Shown in pieces: positions 16,703-17,338 of a DNA stretch of 17,338 bases; positions within the stretch are counted from its first letter, which is position 1; the number at the start of each line of letters is the position of its first letter. The notes below the pieces were generated by a model. The model was not told the DNA's origin. It saw only the letters and a program-made list of their open reading frames with translations, and searched no databases. The translations under genes and the position numbers were made by a program. This DNA is from Candidatus Muiribacteriota bacterium (lineage in GTDB: Bacteria; Muiribacteriota; Muiribacteriia; Muiribacteriales; Muiribacteriaceae): positions 1 through 17,338 of the forward strand of contig JBNJGP010000055.1 of assembly GCA_051747805.1 (NCBI GenBank). The letters are read 5' to 3'.

Positions 16703-16706
16703 AAAA

Positions 16707-16739
16707 TGGACCCCGGCACAAAACATAGCCGGGGTGACA
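16707..16739. repeat. REP-like GC-rich palindrome
   Basis: TGG-ACCCCGGC-ACAAAACATA-GCCGGGGT-GACA, a perfect 8-bp stem. Confidence 0.7.
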
Positions 16740-16756
16740 AGCAAAAGCAAGAATAA

Positions 16757-16933
16757 AGAGCGGTGAGAGGTGAGAAGTGAGAAGTGAAAGGCCGACAAGA
16801 GCAGACAAAAGCCGATAAGAGCCGTGAGAAGTGAGAGGTGAGAAGTAAGAGGTTAAAATTTATTACGAAACAAAATAAAACGAGTGGTCAGGCCGACCTC
16901 TGTAAGCTTAAATTCAGGCTCGGCACAGACCCC
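16757..16933 (+). repeat. Composite dispersed repeat, copy C
   Basis: 4 heptamers, 3 decamers, 4 heptamers, module Y (16853..16893; 2 mismatches to 14713..14753) and CAGACCCC (16926..16933). 16763..16861 is identical to 17240..17338. Confidence 0.95.
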
Positions 16934-17097
16934 GTTCTGTTTCTAAACATTATTGATAATTTTTAAAGTTTTTCTGGTGACTGGCTAACACCTAGTGACG
17001 AATGAAGCAGTTGCTTTTGTTTTAGACTGCTGAATTTATTCAGCATTACTTGGTCGCAGACCATTTACTTTTTTGATGTTTTATATCAAAAATTTAC

Positions 17098-17174
17098 TTG
17101 TCCCAAACTTACTTTAATGTAAACTCATTTAAAAGTTCGTTTTTATATAATTCTTTAAAGTAAGTGTGGGACAA
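17098..17174. repeat. 77-bp element with 20-bp terminal inverted repeats (MITE-like)
   Basis: TTGTCCCAAACTTACTTTAA (17098..17117) and TTAAAGTAAGTGTGGGACAA (17155..17174) are complementary at 19/20 positions. Confidence 0.75.
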
Positions 17175-17187
17175 TAACTGCTCTTAT

Positions 17188-17338
17188 AAGCGGTTTTTTG
17201 TGATTTTTGAAGTAATATAATTTTAAGCCAATGAAAGCCGTGAGAGGTGAGAAGTGAGAAGTGAAAGGCCGACAAGAGCAGACAAAAGCCGATAAGAGCC
17301 GTGAGAAGTGAGAGGTGAGAAGTAAGAGGTTAAAATTT
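17188..17338 (+). repeat. Composite dispersed repeat, copy D (runs off the window end)
   Basis: Module X (17188..17227), the 99-bp core identical to copy C, and the start of module Y (TTAAAATTT). Confidence 0.95.

Noticed and set aside
16983..17063. Intact integron attC site
   Set aside because: It starts with GGCTAAC, but no complementary GTTRRRY closes the hairpin, and there is no cassette ORF or integrase.
14567..17338. CRISPR array interpretation of the repeats
   Set aside because: Units are tandem 7- and 10-mers without unique equal-length spacers, copies are hundreds to thousands of bp apart, and no cas genes are present.

Overview
AT-rich bacterial DNA dominated by a minus-strand flagellar hook/motor/switch cluster: fliK-flgD-(TIGR02530-type gene)-flgE-flbD-motA-motB-fliL-fliM-fliY. 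This gene order is known from Firmicutes and spirochaete fla operons. The usual neighbours (fliEFGHIJ upstream, fliOPQR-flhBA downstream) are absent. Upstream instead lie a DUF5610-like gene and a MOFRL glycerate kinase; downstream lie a glutaminase-less asparagine-synthetase-like enzyme, a small hypothetical protein and a multi-beta-sandwich lipoprotein. Five sigma28-like promoters sit directly ahead of minus-strand genes. The right end has a plus-strand putative outer-membrane protein and a YjfB-like gene. The most notable unexplained signals are non-coding. First, a modular dispersed repeat built from GTGAGAA heptamers, GCCGAYAAGA decamers and two ~40-bp unique modules occurs four times in the same orientation, with two copies identical over 99 bp. 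Second, a dense patch of palindromic elements lies at 16.7-17.2 kb. Third, a three-way-junction RNA structure sits in the flgE leader. Protein-level oddities are a FliY with both phosphatase motifs degenerate plus a second CheY-binding peptide, and a Na+-type stator signature.
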